From Pirellulales bacterium (GTDB lineage Bacteria > Planctomycetota > Planctomycetia > Pirellulales > PALSA-1355), in contig CAVTBU010000006.1 of NCBI GenBank assembly GCA_963733035.1, forward strand, positions 288,001 through 352,000: a stretch of 64,000 nt of DNA, written 5' to 3'. Every line of letters begins with the position of its first letter. Positions within the stretch are counted from its first letter, which is position 1. Positions 8,666 through 19,322 of this stretch are shown here, piece by piece. Below the pieces are notes generated by a model that did no database searches, had not been told where the DNA came from, and saw nothing but the letters and a program-made list of their open reading frames with translations. Made by a program: the position numbers and the translations under genes.

Positions 8666-10801
8666 CTATTCGGCCGTTTCGTTTTCGGCCGGCGATTCAC
8701 CTTGACCAATTGCTTGCCCCGGCTGGGCGTCCCTGGAGGCCGACGGTTCGGCAGCGCTTTTGGCAGCGGCCTCGCCGGAGGCGTTTTCCGCCACCGGGAT
8801 GTTGGCAGCGGGGGCCTCGTACCACTGGCCGCGCAGCCAATCGGCGATCAGCTCAATTTCCCGCGCGTCGAGCAGGTTTTTTGACGGGTTGCCATCCTGT
8901 TCGGCAAACGCCGGCATGCGGTCGTTGGAGTCGGGATAGTAACGCGCGTGCGTCGGGTTGCTTATCATGCCGATTAGCCACTCGCGCGAGCCGTAGCCGG
9001 TCAAATCGGGCGCCGTGCCCAATTCGCCGACATCGTGGAACTTATGGCACATCGTGCAGTTCTCTTCGTTGGCGATCAGTTCGCGACCAGCGGCGATTTT
9101 GCCGGCGTCCTCTTTGTCGGTTGCCTGCTGCGCTTTGAGTTGTGCTTCGGCCGACAAGGCAATCACAACCTTCTGTACGTCCTCGGCCGGCCACTCGGTC
9201 ATCGTATCTTTGACGAAGCCGGCCATTTCGCCTTCGGCATGTTCGGTGCCGCCGAAGTAGCTGAGTCCGGAAATCTGCTCGGGATTCAGCAGCCCCGTGA
9301 TCCAATCCCGACTGGCAAAACCGTATAGATTTGGTGCCGTGGCTTTGGCAAGCACGGGTGATTCCGCCCCGGAAGGGGGCAAGTGCGTGTGGCAACTGGC
9401 ACAATGCGCCGCGAACAGTTTGGGACCCTGCGTGCGGGGATCTTCACGTAAGAGGGTGATTGCGCCGGTCATCGGGATGCGGCCCGGCGCGGAGGCCAAT
9501 TCAATGACTCGATGAGCCTCTTCGTCGGCGTTTTCGACGGCGGCCAGATACTCCTTCGACTTGCGGTAATGTTCGTACCTCCGAAATTGATGCTTGTAGT
9601 CGGCGATTTTGGCGGGGTCGTTCTGGAAATGTGCGACGATCTTTTTATCGTCGGTGCCCAACTCCTCGGCCAGTGGAGCGATCTCGGCGAATTGTTCCGG
9701 GTCGGTCCAATGGGCCTGATAATCCTCGCCGATCGCTTCGACGGTCAGATAAGCCACGCCGCACATCAGAATCAGCATCGTGGCGATATTGAACCGATGC
9801 CCTAACTTCCAGCGGCCGATGATCGGCATCAGAAACAGACCGCCCAGGATCAAGCTGGGGATCACGACGGCACCGAGTAGTTCTCCTCGCTCCCCCCAGC
9901 CCTCGAAGAACTTGAGAAACTGAAACAGAAACAGGAAGTACCATTCCGGCCGCGCGGCGGAGTATTGATTCGACGGGTCGGCTGGCGCGCCGAGTTCGGC
10001 GCCGGCAGTGGGACCAAGTGCGGCGCCTCCGTCAGGCGAGAACCAATCGAACGGATGCAGGCACAGCACAAGCACCACGGTCAACACGGCCAGGCAGGCC
10101 ACCGCGTCCTTGAGGACCTGGTCGGGCCAGAAATACGCGTCTGCAAACTTTGGCGGCTGCTTGCAGTGGATGCCGTGGCGGCGAAACAGCGCCACGTGCA
10201 GCACCAGAAAGAAGACCAGCGACGCAGGTAAGATGCCGGCGTGCAGCGCGAAGAACCGCGTGAGCGTGTGATGTCCGTAGTCGGCTCCGCCGACGACGAT
10301 TTGCTGCAATTGCGGTCCGACGAGCGGTACCACGCCCAACAGGTTCGTCGCGACGCGCGTGGCCCAGTAGCCCTTTTGATCCCAGGGAAGCAGGTAGCCG
10401 GTGAGCGACAGGCCGAGCACGATCTGCATCAGGATCAGGCCCAGCCAGAAATTCACTTCGCGCGGCGCGCGATAAGCACCATCGATAACGACTTGCATCA
10501 AGTGCAAGGCCAACAGCACGACCATGGCCTGGGCCATGAAATGGTGCATGCCGCGCAGCAGCCAGCCCCCCTGAGTTTCGTACTGAATGTAGTACACGCT
10601 CTCCCAGGCCGTCTGAGCGCTGGGGCTGTAGTACATCCACAGGGCGAAGCCGGTCACGGCCTGGACGAAGAACGCGAACACGAGCGTGCTGCCCCAAACG
10701 TAGCGCCAGCGGGCGCCGCCGGGTATGCGCTGGTAAAGCGCCTCGTGGACGAGATCGCGAATGCCAGTGCGGCTATCCAGCCAGTTGACGAGCGCCTTCA
10801 T
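8666..10801 (-). CDS. Cytochrome b of a Rieske/cytochrome b complex fused to a diheme cytochrome c
   Basis: GWLLRGMHHF, TGYLLPWDQKGYWA, TLTRFFALH, PEWY motif; C-terminal CASCH and CTMCH heme-binding motifs. Confidence 0.92.
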   Translation of the reverse strand: MKALVNWLDSRTGIRDLVHEALYQRIPGGARWRYVWGSTLVFAFFVQAVTGFALWMYYSPSAQTAWESVYYIQYETQGGWLLRGMHHFMAQAMVVLLALHLMQVVIDGAYRAPREVNFWLGLILMQIVLGLSLTGYLLPWDQKGYWATRVATNLLGVVPLVGPQLQQIVVGGADYGHHTLTRFFALHAGILPASLVFFLVLHVALFRRHGIHCKQPPKFADAYFWPDQVLKDAVACLAVLTVVLVLCLHPFDWFSPDGGAALGPTAGAELGAPADPSNQYSAARPEWYFLFLFQFLKFFEGWGERGELLGAVVIPSLILGGLFLMPIIGRWKLGHRFNIATMLILMCGVAYLTVEAIGEDYQAHWTDPEQFAEIAPLAEELGTDDKKIVAHFQNDPAKIADYKHQFRRYEHYRKSKEYLAAVENADEEAHRVIELASAPGRIPMTGAITLLREDPRTQGPKLFAAHCASCHTHLPPSGAESPVLAKATAPNLYGFASRDWITGLLNPEQISGLSYFGGTEHAEGEMAGFVKDTMTEWPAEDVQKVVIALSAEAQLKAQQATDKEDAGKIAAGRELIANEENCTMCHKFHDVGELGTAPDLTGYGSREWLIGMISNPTHARYYPDSNDRMPAFAEQDGNPSKNLLDAREIELIADWLRGQWYEAPAANIPVAENASGEAAAKSAAEPSASRDAQPGQAIGQGESPAENETAE

Positions 10802-11361
10802 TGTTTGACGACTTTTTCGGCCTTGCCGGTGTAAAAGTTCTCGAACTTCACGAGGATTTCCGTCTGCTCGACTTGGCAGGGTAGCGAATCCATCGGCCGT
10901 GGGCTGGGGCTCGGCTCGATAATAGACCCGTCGACCGCGAACGAACTGTTATGACACGGACACTTGAACGTATTTGTCGCCCCGTCGTACGCCACGAAGC
11001 ACCCGGCGTGCGGGCAGGTGGCTGTCAGGCAGCGCGGCTGCGACTCTCCCGGGAGCCGTCGCAGGTAGACTGCGCCGATCGGCTGGACCGATTCGTTCCA
11101 GGCGTCGATGCGTTCGGCCACAACCGGAAACTGTCGCGGGATGCCGTCGTCGGGAACGGCGCCCAAAGGGGCCACGGGAATGAAGCTGGCGCCCTTGGCC
11201 TTGCGACGGAGAGGATCGAGAAACACGGCCAAACCTGTGGCCGCAGGCACGATGGCAACCAAACTGCCCACCAGGACGGCCGCGACGTGATTGAAGAATC
11301 CTCGCCGCTGCTCGGTGGAGGGTGTCGTGTGTTTGGTCGGCGGGGAAGCTGAACTGGCCAT
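10798..11361 (-). CDS. Rieske [2Fe-2S] protein
   Basis: Tat-like RRGFF followed by a TM helix; CPHAGC and CPCHNS boxes; ATGA overlap with the cytochrome b gene. Confidence 0.92.
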   Translation of the reverse strand: MASSASPPTKHTTPSTEQRRGFFNHVAAVLVGSLVAIVPAATGLAVFLDPLRRKAKGASFIPVAPLGAVPDDGIPRQFPVVAERIDAWNESVQPIGAVYLRRLPGESQPRCLTATCPHAGCFVAYDGATNTFKCPCHNSSFAVDGSIIEPSPSPRPMDSLPCQVEQTEILVKFENFYTGKAEKVVKQ

Positions 11362-11583
11362 CGGGCGGGAGGCCTCCGATCTGCGTGGTTGCGAAGCCGC
11401 GGCTTCGCGTTGCGGTAGGACCGAGCCAGGGTTTGCTTTGGCGCGGCGCTTCAATCAGGCGGGCAATGTTGGCGGGTGGACGGACGTGGTTTCTGTCACC
11501 TCCTGCGGGCGTGCCACGCTCCTTCAGCGGACTCGACACGTGAACAAAGCGCAGTCTGCGCCGTAACGCCATCCAAGTTTCAA

Positions 11584-12570
11584 TTATCGCATGGCTTTGC
11601 GCACAGCGTCAAGCACCAGGGATTGCGCTTCGGGCCAGGGGGCGTTTGTGAAAGCACCAGCCGCCGCTTTGTGGCCCCCACCGCCAAACCCTTTTGCCAA
11701 TTCGTTGCAATCGACGTCCGCCGTTCGGCTGCGGAAACTAAGCTTGAATCCGCCGCTCTGTTGCTCGACAAGGATCACGGCCACTTGGGTGCCGGAGATC
11801 GCCAGGGTCATGTTGATGACGTCTTCCGTGTCGGAGGCAAGCGCGCCAGTCTCTTCGAAGTCCACCTTTAGCGCAGCCGTATGTGCCAGCCGACCGTCGA
11901 GTTCTGTTTGCGTGCGAGCCAGGATGCGGCCACGCAATTGCAGTCGCGCGAGCGAATCCCGTTCGTAGAGCGCGGCATAGATCTCGCTGGGCACTGCGCC
12001 AGCTTCAATCAGGTCGCCGGCATAGCGCATCGTCAAGTCGCTTGTCGAACCAAAGCGGAACCAACCAGTATCGGTGGCGATGGCCGCGAACAGGGGCCGC
12101 GCGATTTCGGGCGTGACTTTGACCCCGAGGTGCCTGGCGGCCTCCAGAACGAGGCGTCCGGTTGCTTCGGCCGAAGTGTTTTTGAAAAGCTCGGCTCCCA
12201 GGTCATCTTCTCCGACGTGATGATCGAGAATGGCCTTGTGCGCCTTGGTCGAGCGGACAACTTCGGCCATGGTGCCGAGTTGTGCCCAGGCGCTTGTATC
12301 AAGCACCATTACCACCTCGCAGCCTTCCAGGTGAAACGGTTCGATGTCGACGCCGAGCGTCTTGAGTTTGCGGTCCGGGTCGATGAACGCCAGATTGGGC
12401 GGTGTCGCCTGGGCGTTGACGATCAGTACGTCCTTGCCAAGCGCCTCGAGCACTCCAGCCATCCCCAATTCGCTTCCCAGCGCGTCGCAATCGGGGCGAA
12501 TGTGGCTCGTCAGCAGGAAGCGATCGTGAGACCGGATCAGTTCAGTGAAGCGGGGCCAGGCAATCGGCAT
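11584..12570 (-). CDS. nrnA: DHH/DHHA1 phosphoesterase (oligoribonuclease/PAP phosphatase NrnA)
   Basis: HIRPDCDALGS, LDHH, ATDTGWF, GGGGHKAAAG. Confidence 0.88.
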   Translation of the reverse strand: MPIAWPRFTELIRSHDRFLLTSHIRPDCDALGSELGMAGVLEALGKDVLIVNAQATPPNLAFIDPDRKLKTLGVDIEPFHLEGCEVVMVLDTSAWAQLGTMAEVVRSTKAHKAILDHHVGEDDLGAELFKNTSAEATGRLVLEAARHLGVKVTPEIARPLFAAIATDTGWFRFGSTSDLTMRYAGDLIEAGAVPSEIYAALYERDSLARLQLRGRILARTQTELDGRLAHTAALKVDFEETGALASDTEDVINMTLAISGTQVAVILVEQQSGGFKLSFRSRTADVDCNELAKGFGGGGHKAAAGAFTNAPWPEAQSLVLDAVRKAMR

Positions 12571-12642
12571 CGTCTCGCACGGGGTTTAGAGGAAGGGGCA
12601 TCAGGGGACGAGCGAAAAGGCGAATCCGTGCCAGCCGCGCCG

Positions 12643-13614
12643 TCAGGCGGGAGACTCCCCGCCGAAGGAAAGCTTATCGGCCAACTCGTATTCTTGGAAT
12701 GCCCGTCGGGCCTCGTCGACGTCGTTTTTTAATTGTCCAACGAGTTCTGCGACTCCGGCAAATTGCTGGATCCCTCGCAATCGGGCGAGAAAGTCGACTT
12801 CGAGTGCCTGGCCGTAGAGCGGCGAGCCGTCCCAGCCTACCAGGTGCACCTCGACCTTCATGGCCCCTTCGCCGAAGGTTGGATTCGGCCCCACGTTGAT
12901 GGCCGCGGCGAGTCGGCGATTGTCCACCAACCCTCGGCCCGCATAGACACCGGGCCCGGGCAGCAGCGTGTCGATGGCGTCGAGATTGGCGGTGCCGAAA
13001 CCGAGCTTCATGCCCCGCCCCGCGCCGTGTACGACCATGCCGCGGATACGGTAAGGTTGCGTGAGCAGTTGCCGGGCTTGGGCCACGTCTCCCTCCGCGA
13101 GGAGTCCACGGATCCGGGAACTGGACACATAGTCGCCGCCGACAACCAGCGGCTCGACCACGTCGAGGCTGATGCCGGCCGCGGACGTTAATTGCCGCAG
13201 GACGTCGATCGTACCGGCGCGATTGTGTCCGAAATAGAAATTGGGACCTTCGACCATCGCGCGAGCGTCGAGTTGCTTGCGGACAATTTGGTTGAAAAAC
13301 TCCTCGGGCGAAAGCGAGAGCAATTGCTCGTCCGTTGGGTAGGCGATCACGGCGTCGATGCCCAGGTCGGCCAGCAGCCGCGCCTTGCGGTCGGTCCAAG
13401 TGAGCGGAGGGGGCGCATGCGCGGGACGCAGCAGGCGCACCGGATGGGGATCGAACGTGAACACGAGCGCCGCACCGCCGAGGTCGCGCGCTTTCTCGAT
13501 GACACGGTCGACGATCCGCGCGTGACCGAGGTGCACGCCGTCGAAATTGCCGATCGTGATCGCGCCTCCGCGAAGTTCGGCTGGCAGATCCGCAACTTGA
13601 CGCAGGAGCTTCAC
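12643..13614 (-). CDS. ribF: Bifunctional riboflavin kinase/FAD synthetase
   Basis: IGNFDGVHLGH, SSSRIR, GRGMKLGFGTAN, NVGPNPTF, VEVHL; GTG start at 13614. Confidence 0.93.
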   Translation of the reverse strand: MKLLRQVADLPAELRGGAITIGNFDGVHLGHARIVDRVIEKARDLGGAALVFTFDPHPVRLLRPAHAPPPLTWTDRKARLLADLGIDAVIAYPTDEQLLSLSPEEFFNQIVRKQLDARAMVEGPNFYFGHNRAGTIDVLRQLTSAAGISLDVVEPLVVGGDYVSSSRIRGLLAEGDVAQARQLLTQPYRIRGMVVHGAGRGMKLGFGTANLDAIDTLLPGPGVYAGRGLVDNRRLAAAINVGPNPTFGEGAMKVEVHLVGWDGSPLYGQALEVDFLARLRGIQQFAGVAELVGQLKNDVDEARRAFQEYELADKLSFGGESPA

Positions 13615-13808
13615 GTGATGCGTCCGTCGAGTGGCATGGTCCAACGGCAAAATCAAATTATGGGGCGTGACACGACCGCTGGTCAATCGGCACGACGTGT
13701 TCCGCCCGCACCCTGCGGCTGCGGCAAAGTTGAGTCTCGCCTGTCGATTGCCGGATATGCTATCCTTGCACAAGGTTCGGTCGCGCATTGCAATCGCTTG
13801 GACGACCC

Positions 13809-15449
13809 ATGGAAGAAAAACAGTTTTTCTTGTCCCGAGACTTGGCACATCGACTGGCCGCGATCGATATTGGCACCAACAGCATCCGTCTGATGGTCGC
13901 CGAGCCGCTACGGGGCGGGAATTATCGCATCCTAGACGAGGAGAAGGAGTCGACCCGACTCGGCGAGCATCTGAGCAAGACCGGTCGGCTCGATCCGGGC
14001 GCAATCCAGAAGTCGCTCGACGCACTGCGACGAATGAAGCAGATTGCCGAAGGTTTCCAGATTACCGAACTCAAGACGATCGCCACCTGTGCGGTGCGCG
14101 AAGCCGCCAACGGCGGCGAATTTTGCCGAAGGGCCAAGGATGAATTGGGCATCGACATCGAAGTCATCGGTAGCGAGCAGGAAGCGCGGCTGGCGTTTTC
14201 CAGTGTCCAGCGAGCCTTCGACCTGACCGGCCAGCACGTCGCCGTGGTCGATATCGGCGGCGGCAGTACCGAAATCGTGTTGGCCTTCGGCAATCTGATC
14301 GAGGCGGTGTACATGACGCAACTCGGCGCGGTTCGTCTGAGCGAGGCGTACCCCGACGCTGCCACGCCAGAAGGCTTCGGCGAGTTGATCGACGGTATCG
14401 ATCGCCACCTCCGTAAGCACACCAAGAACCCGGTCTTCACGCCACATATTCTGTTTGGTTCCGGAGGAACCTTTACGAGCCTGGCCGCGATGGTCATGGC
14501 CGCCAAGAGACAAGACGGCATGCCGGTGCGCGGCTACCAGGTGAGCCGGGCCGACGTGCGCCACTTGCTTGACCGACTGCGGAAGATTCCGCTCAAGGAA
14601 CGAGCCAGCGTGCCGGGACTCAGTCCGGATCGCGCCGACATCATCGTGGCGGGATTGGCGATTGTCGACCGCGTGATGGAACGCTTTCAAGTCAATTCGG
14701 TGCAGATCCACAACCGCGGCGTGCGCGACGGTTTACTACTGTCGATGATCGAGCGATCGCTCGGCAGCGACAACGACAAACCGCGCGATCGCGACGCTGC
14801 CCTCGAACGGCTGGCCGCCAGTTGCGGCTGCGAAATGGAACATAGCCGCCACGTTGCCAGGCTGGCCGGCTCGATCTTCATGCAACTGGCCCCACACTAC
14901 CATCTCAATCCGACCGACCAGACGCTGCTCGAAGCCGCCGCCAAACTACAAGACGTAGGCTATCTGATCAATTACGACCAACACCACAAACATAGCTACC
15001 ACCTGATCCTGCACAGCCGGTTGGAAGGTTTTCAGCCCAACGAGTTGGAAATCATTGCCAACGTGGCGCGCTATCATCGCGGTGCCGACCCCAAGCGCAA
15101 ACACGCGAATTTTCGACAACTTTCGGAGCGCGACAAGAATCGAGTGCGGCAGATGGCGGCCATCTTGCGCGTAGCCGGCGGCTTAGACCGCAGCAATACG
15201 CGTCAGGTGACGGCTGTCGACGTGCAATTTGGTCGCAAACACAACGTCACGCTCAAGTTGACCGCGAAGCAATTTCCCGAGGTCGACATCTGGGGAGCGC
15301 GAAAGCGAGTCAAGCTCTTCGAAAAAGTGTTCGATGCCTGGTTGGCCCTTGAATGGGAGGATGCGACGCAGTCGGGCTCGCCCGTCTCCAACGGTCACAC
15401 AGGCGTTTCCGAGGGATCGCCCAGTACGGCCAACAAGCCCCAAAGGTAG
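13809..15449 (+). CDS. ppx: Ppx/GppA exopolyphosphatase with C-terminal HD-like domain
   Basis: IDIGTNSIRL, ATCAVREA, DIGGGSTE, GSGGT, RADII, GVRDG; HHKHSY in the C-terminal domain. Confidence 0.9.
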   Translation: MEEKQFFLSRDLAHRLAAIDIGTNSIRLMVAEPLRGGNYRILDEEKESTRLGEHLSKTGRLDPGAIQKSLDALRRMKQIAEGFQITELKTIATCAVREAANGGEFCRRAKDELGIDIEVIGSEQEARLAFSSVQRAFDLTGQHVAVVDIGGGSTEIVLAFGNLIEAVYMTQLGAVRLSEAYPDAATPEGFGELIDGIDRHLRKHTKNPVFTPHILFGSGGTFTSLAAMVMAAKRQDGMPVRGYQVSRADVRHLLDRLRKIPLKERASVPGLSPDRADIIVAGLAIVDRVMERFQVNSVQIHNRGVRDGLLLSMIERSLGSDNDKPRDRDAALERLAASCGCEMEHSRHVARLAGSIFMQLAPHYHLNPTDQTLLEAAAKLQDVGYLINYDQHHKHSYHLILHSRLEGFQPNELEIIANVARYHRGADPKRKHANFRQLSERDKNRVRQMAAILRVAGGLDRSNTRQVTAVDVQFGRKHNVTLKLTAKQFPEVDIWGARKRVKLFEKVFDAWLALEWEDATQSGSPVSNGHTGVSEGSPSTANKPQR

Positions 15450-15463
15450 TGCCACGCGCTCTG

Positions 15464-16186
15464 TTAGTTCATTTGCAACGCGCAATTGCGCACTGGCGGA
15501 CGTTGCGGAACGGGCTGCGGCTGCTTGCGGGTCAGGTTGATCCATGTCTCAGCCGCGACGACGTTGATCACAAATCCAAGCCAGGCGACGGATTCCCACG
15601 CTTCGGAAAATGAAGCACCGATCGGCGGCATCATCAGCAGCGGGATCAGCACGCGAAAGGTCGCAATACCCAGACCGATGGCGAAACAGCGAATCATCCA
15701 TTCACGATGGCGGGCAATCTCTCGGCGGCGAATCGTGCGGTAGCCCTGCACCAGCGCAACGATGAATAAACTACTTGCGAAGACGATCGCAGCGTTGGTC
15801 GACAGGTCGCCAAACACGGGTAGACGTTGGACGAAGATCAATGCCGTCACCACTCCCACCAGCGCCGCGATCATCCACACGCGCCCCGACCAGCGGTGGA
15901 AGCGGATCCAGCGATTGCGAACCGCGGGCAAGAACTGAATCGGTCCCAGAATCATGAATACCAGACCCGATGACGCGTGCGCGATCGACAGATACGGCAG
16001 CGCGAAGTAGCGGGGTTCAAAACCTTCGGCACCGGGCGGCGACGGGGGGACGACGTAGCCGGACGGGTCGCTCAGGTATTGGGTCGTCCGGATCAAACGC
16101 GTTACGGCACTGGCCGAACCGACAAAGGCCAGTAGTAGCACGCAGCAGAATCCGACGCGGCCAAGCACGGTAATCATGGAAGACAC
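15464..16186 (-). CDS. DUF2306-like membrane protein
   Basis: Multiple TM helices with HRWSGR and HREWMIR motifs. Confidence 0.7.
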   Translation of the reverse strand: MSSMITVLGRVGFCCVLLLAFVGSASAVTRLIRTTQYLSDPSGYVVPPSPPGAEGFEPRYFALPYLSIAHASSGLVFMILGPIQFLPAVRNRWIRFHRWSGRVWMIAALVGVVTALIFVQRLPVFGDLSTNAAIVFASSLFIVALVQGYRTIRRREIARHREWMIRCFAIGLGIATFRVLIPLLMMPPIGASFSEAWESVAWLGFVINVVAAETWINLTRKQPQPVPQRPPVRNCALQMN

Positions 16187-16302
16187 TCCGGACGGGATAG
16201 GGCGACCCCCGTATCATAACGGGCGACACGAAGCGGGCGCCATTGCCAGTTGATTCGTCCGCCGTGGGGGAATCTTGACCGTGCAAGGCTCGGGGGCGGG
16301 TA

Positions 16303-17181
16303 CTACCCCTCGCCAGCGCCGACAAGCTGCCAGGCATTCGGTAGGAACCGAATCAGGTCGCTCGCGATCATTGAGATTTGCCCCAGTTCGGCGGCAGCTA
16401 GATCGCCGGCCAAGCCATGCACGTGGCAGCCCAGTCGGGCGGCGTCGTAGGGCGAAAGGTGTTGGCAGAGCAGGGCGGTGATAATGCCCGTCAGCGTGTC
16501 GCCGGTGCCGCCCGTGGCCATTCCTGGGTTCCCTGTCGTATTGAGCGCCAGCCGCTCGCCGTCGGCAATCACCGTACGATGCCCCTTGAGCACCAGGACC
16601 ACGGAATTCTTCTGGGAAAAATCATGTGCAAGTGCTTCACGTTTGTCCAAAGGAATCGTGTCACGCCCGGTTAGTCGGCCGAATTCGCCGGGATGCGGTG
16701 TCAGCACTCTTGGTCCCCCGGCGCGGGGCAGAATCTGCGGCTGTGCGGCCAGCGCGTTGAGTGCATCGGCATCGACGACCATCGGCTGCTTTACCTCGCG
16801 GTAGAGTCGGCCGACGATTTCCCTCAAGTGATCGCTCCGGCCGAGTCCCGGGCCGAGCGCGACCGCGGTGGCGTTTTCGACGTATTCCATCAGGATCGGC
16901 AAGGCCGCCTTGGCAATGCGACCATCCGCGTCACTCGGCAGCGACAAGCTCATCGCACTGGGTTCAAACGCAGCCACGGTTGGCTGACAGGCGGCGGCCG
17001 TGGCCAGCGTCACCAGTCCGGCCCCACTTCGCAAACTTGCCAACCCGGCCATGGCAACCGCACCGGCCATTCCTTGGGATCCACCAATTAGCAGTGCCCG
17101 TCCAAAGTTGCCTTTGTGACTGTCAGGACTTCGGGGCGGCACGCGCGGTAGCGGCGAAGCGTCGTGAGTTGGAACGTTCAT
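16303..17181 (-). CDS. nnrD: ADP-dependent NAD(P)H-hydrate dehydratase
   Basis: DSHKGNFG, GAGLV, GPGLG, DADAL, TPHPGEF, GNPGMATGGTGD. Confidence 0.92.
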   Translation of the reverse strand: MNVPTHDASPLPRVPPRSPDSHKGNFGRALLIGGSQGMAGAVAMAGLASLRSGAGLVTLATAAACQPTVAAFEPSAMSLSLPSDADGRIAKAALPILMEYVENATAVALGPGLGRSDHLREIVGRLYREVKQPMVVDADALNALAAQPQILPRAGGPRVLTPHPGEFGRLTGRDTIPLDKREALAHDFSQKNSVVLVLKGHRTVIADGERLALNTTGNPGMATGGTGDTLTGIITALLCQHLSPYDAARLGCHVHGLAGDLAAAELGQISMIASDLIRFLPNAWQLVGAGEG

Positions 17182-17966
17182 GCGCTCGATCTCGTACCGG
17201 GGGCTTTGCTGGCGCGGGCGGCGATCAGGCCGGCAACGTAACCGCCTTTGAAACCGGCATCGATATTCACCACGGTGACGTTGGCCGCGCAACTGTTGAG
17301 CATGCTCAGCAAGGCCGCAATTCCACCCAGGTTTGCGCCGTAACCGACGCTGGTCGGCACGGCGATAACCGGGCAGGCGACGTGACCGCCCACGACGCTG
17401 GGCAGCGCGCCTTCCATGCCGGCAATGACCACCACGGCATCGACATCCGAAAGCTGGCCCAGGTGTTCGAGCAAGCGCTGTGGCCCGGCCACGCCGACGT
17501 CGAAAACAACCGTGACCTCCGCGCCCATCCACAAGAGTGTTTCGCGGGCTTCCTCGGCCACGGGCAGGTCGCCCGTGCCGGCCGTCACCACGGCGACGCG
17601 ACCCCTTGGCGCCTCGCTGCCGTTTACCTTTTGCGCGGTAATTCGAAACGTGCGGGCCACTTTGTTGTAGCGGCCGGCTGGGAAACGGGGGGCCAACTCC
17701 GCTGCTTTTTCAGGCGATATGCGAGTGGCAAATGCATCGATTCCTTCGGTCACGAGCCGCTCAAAAATCTTCAAGAGCGTGGGGACGGTTTTGCCTTCGC
17801 CAAACACGACCTCCGGGTAGCCGCAACGTCGCTGCCGGTCGAGATCGAGCTGGGCTTCGTCGAGATCAGCCGTCACCTCGCCGGTGGCGGCGGCCAGGAA
17901 GGCATGGAGCGGCAAGCGGCCATCGAGCAGTTGCCGGGCCAGTTTTTCGAGTTGTTGTGGGTTCAT
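17178..17966 (-). CDS. larB: Nickel-pincer cofactor biosynthesis protein LarB
   Basis: LDLDRQRRCGYPEVVFGEGK, AGTGDLPVAEEA, DVGVAG, AGMEGAL, VPTSVGYG, VNIDAGF. Confidence 0.92.
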   Translation of the reverse strand: MNPQQLEKLARQLLDGRLPLHAFLAAATGEVTADLDEAQLDLDRQRRCGYPEVVFGEGKTVPTLLKIFERLVTEGIDAFATRISPEKAAELAPRFPAGRYNKVARTFRITAQKVNGSEAPRGRVAVVTAGTGDLPVAEEARETLLWMGAEVTVVFDVGVAGPQRLLEHLGQLSDVDAVVVIAGMEGALPSVVGGHVACPVIAVPTSVGYGANLGGIAALLSMLNSCAANVTVVNIDAGFKGGYVAGLIAARASKAPGTRSSA

Positions 17967-18145
17967 GATGTAAATCCTACCCCAGGGCTGGCGATGGGGC
18001 GAACGGCTGAAATCTCCGTTAGAAATTGAATTTGCCGCGTTGTTGGACTGCCACCGCGCGTTTCCACCTTGCCAGAATCCCTGGTCAATGTTAGCAAATG
18101 GCTTGGAAATCCAATTCGTCCTGCCTCGATGTCCCAACTGCGTCC

Positions 18146-19237
18146 ATGAGCCAGCACACAGCACGACGAGAGAAGCTTCGCCGTCTCTTTCGCAGACAGG
18201 GCCTCGACGCCCTCCTGGTAACCAACTTCGTCAATGTTACTTATCTGACTGGTTTCACCGGTGATGACAGCTACTTGCTCGTCTTGAACAAGGGCGAAGT
18301 CGTCGTTAGCGACCCCCGCTACACCACGCAGCTCGCCGAGGAATGCCCGGCGATGGAGGCGTCGATCCGTCCGCCCGGGGTGGGCATGGTCGAGACGATC
18401 GCTCAAATCGCCCAGCGGGCAAAGATCGGCAAATTGGGGATCGAGGGGGCCTCGATGACCGTTGCCACCCGCGACGAGATTGCCGCCGCGCTTCCCAAGT
18501 CTGAGTTGGTGAGCACCGGAAGCTTGGTGGAGGAGTTGCGGCTGATCAAAGACAAGGACGAGGTGGCCGAAATTCGCCAGGCAATTTGGATGGCGGAGCG
18601 TGCGTTCGCCATCCTGAGAGCATCGCTACGGCCAGACCGCACCGAGAAGGAAGTGGCTGACGAATTGGAGAACAACATCCGCCAGTTCGGCGGCAAGGGC
18701 TGCAGCTTTCCGTCGATTGTGGCAGTGGGGGCGCGTGCAGCACTGCCGCATGCCCGACCGACGGGCCAAAGGATCGGCGCGGATGACTTTGTGCTGGTCG
18801 ATTGGGGAGCCAACGGCGGGCTGTACATGAGCGACTTGACGCGGGTATTAGTGACCGGTAAAATCCCGCCGAAACTCGAACGGATATATAGAGTTGTGTT
18901 GTCGGCGCAGGAGCAAGCCATTGCGGCCATCCGGCCCGGTTTGACCTGCCACGAGGTGGACGAAGTGGCTCGCAAGGCGATCGCCAAGGCGGGCTTCGCC
19001 AAGAATTTCGGCCATGGATTGGGGCACGGTATCGGCCTCGAGATTCACGAAGGCCCGCGACTGTCCGCTGGCCAGCACCGCAAGCTCGAACCGGGCATGG
19101 TGGTGACGGTCGAGCCTGGCATCTACCTGCCTGGTTGGGGTGGCGTGCGGATCGAGGACGACGTGCTGGTAACCAAGGGCGGTTGCGAGGTCCTCACGTC
19201 GGTGGGCAAACAGTGGGAAGACGCCATCGTTCAATAA
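18146..19237 (+). CDS. Xaa-Pro aminopeptidase/dipeptidase (M24)
   Basis: [45 protein letters not shown]. Confidence 0.9.
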   Translation: MSQHTARREKLRRLFRRQGLDALLVTNFVNVTYLTGFTGDDSYLLVLNKGEVVVSDPRYTTQLAEECPAMEASIRPPGVGMVETIAQIAQRAKIGKLGIEGASMTVATRDEIAAALPKSELVSTGSLVEELRLIKDKDEVAEIRQAIWMAERAFAILRASLRPDRTEKEVADELENNIRQFGGKGCSFPSIVAVGARAALPHARPTGQRIGADDFVLVDWGANGGLYMSDLTRVLVTGKIPPKLERIYRVVLSAQEQAIAAIRPGLTCHEVDEVARKAIAKAGFAKNFGHGLGHGIGLEIHEGPRLSAGQHRKLEPGMVVTVEPGIYLPGWGGVRIEDDVLVTKGGCEVLTSVGKQWEDAIVQ

Positions 19238-19322
19238 CACCGCGCCCGGCATCCCTGGCTCCACGTTGCGTCACACTGGGGCCGCCGAAACGTACGCGGA
19301 ACATCGATCTTTGGAGAAGTGC

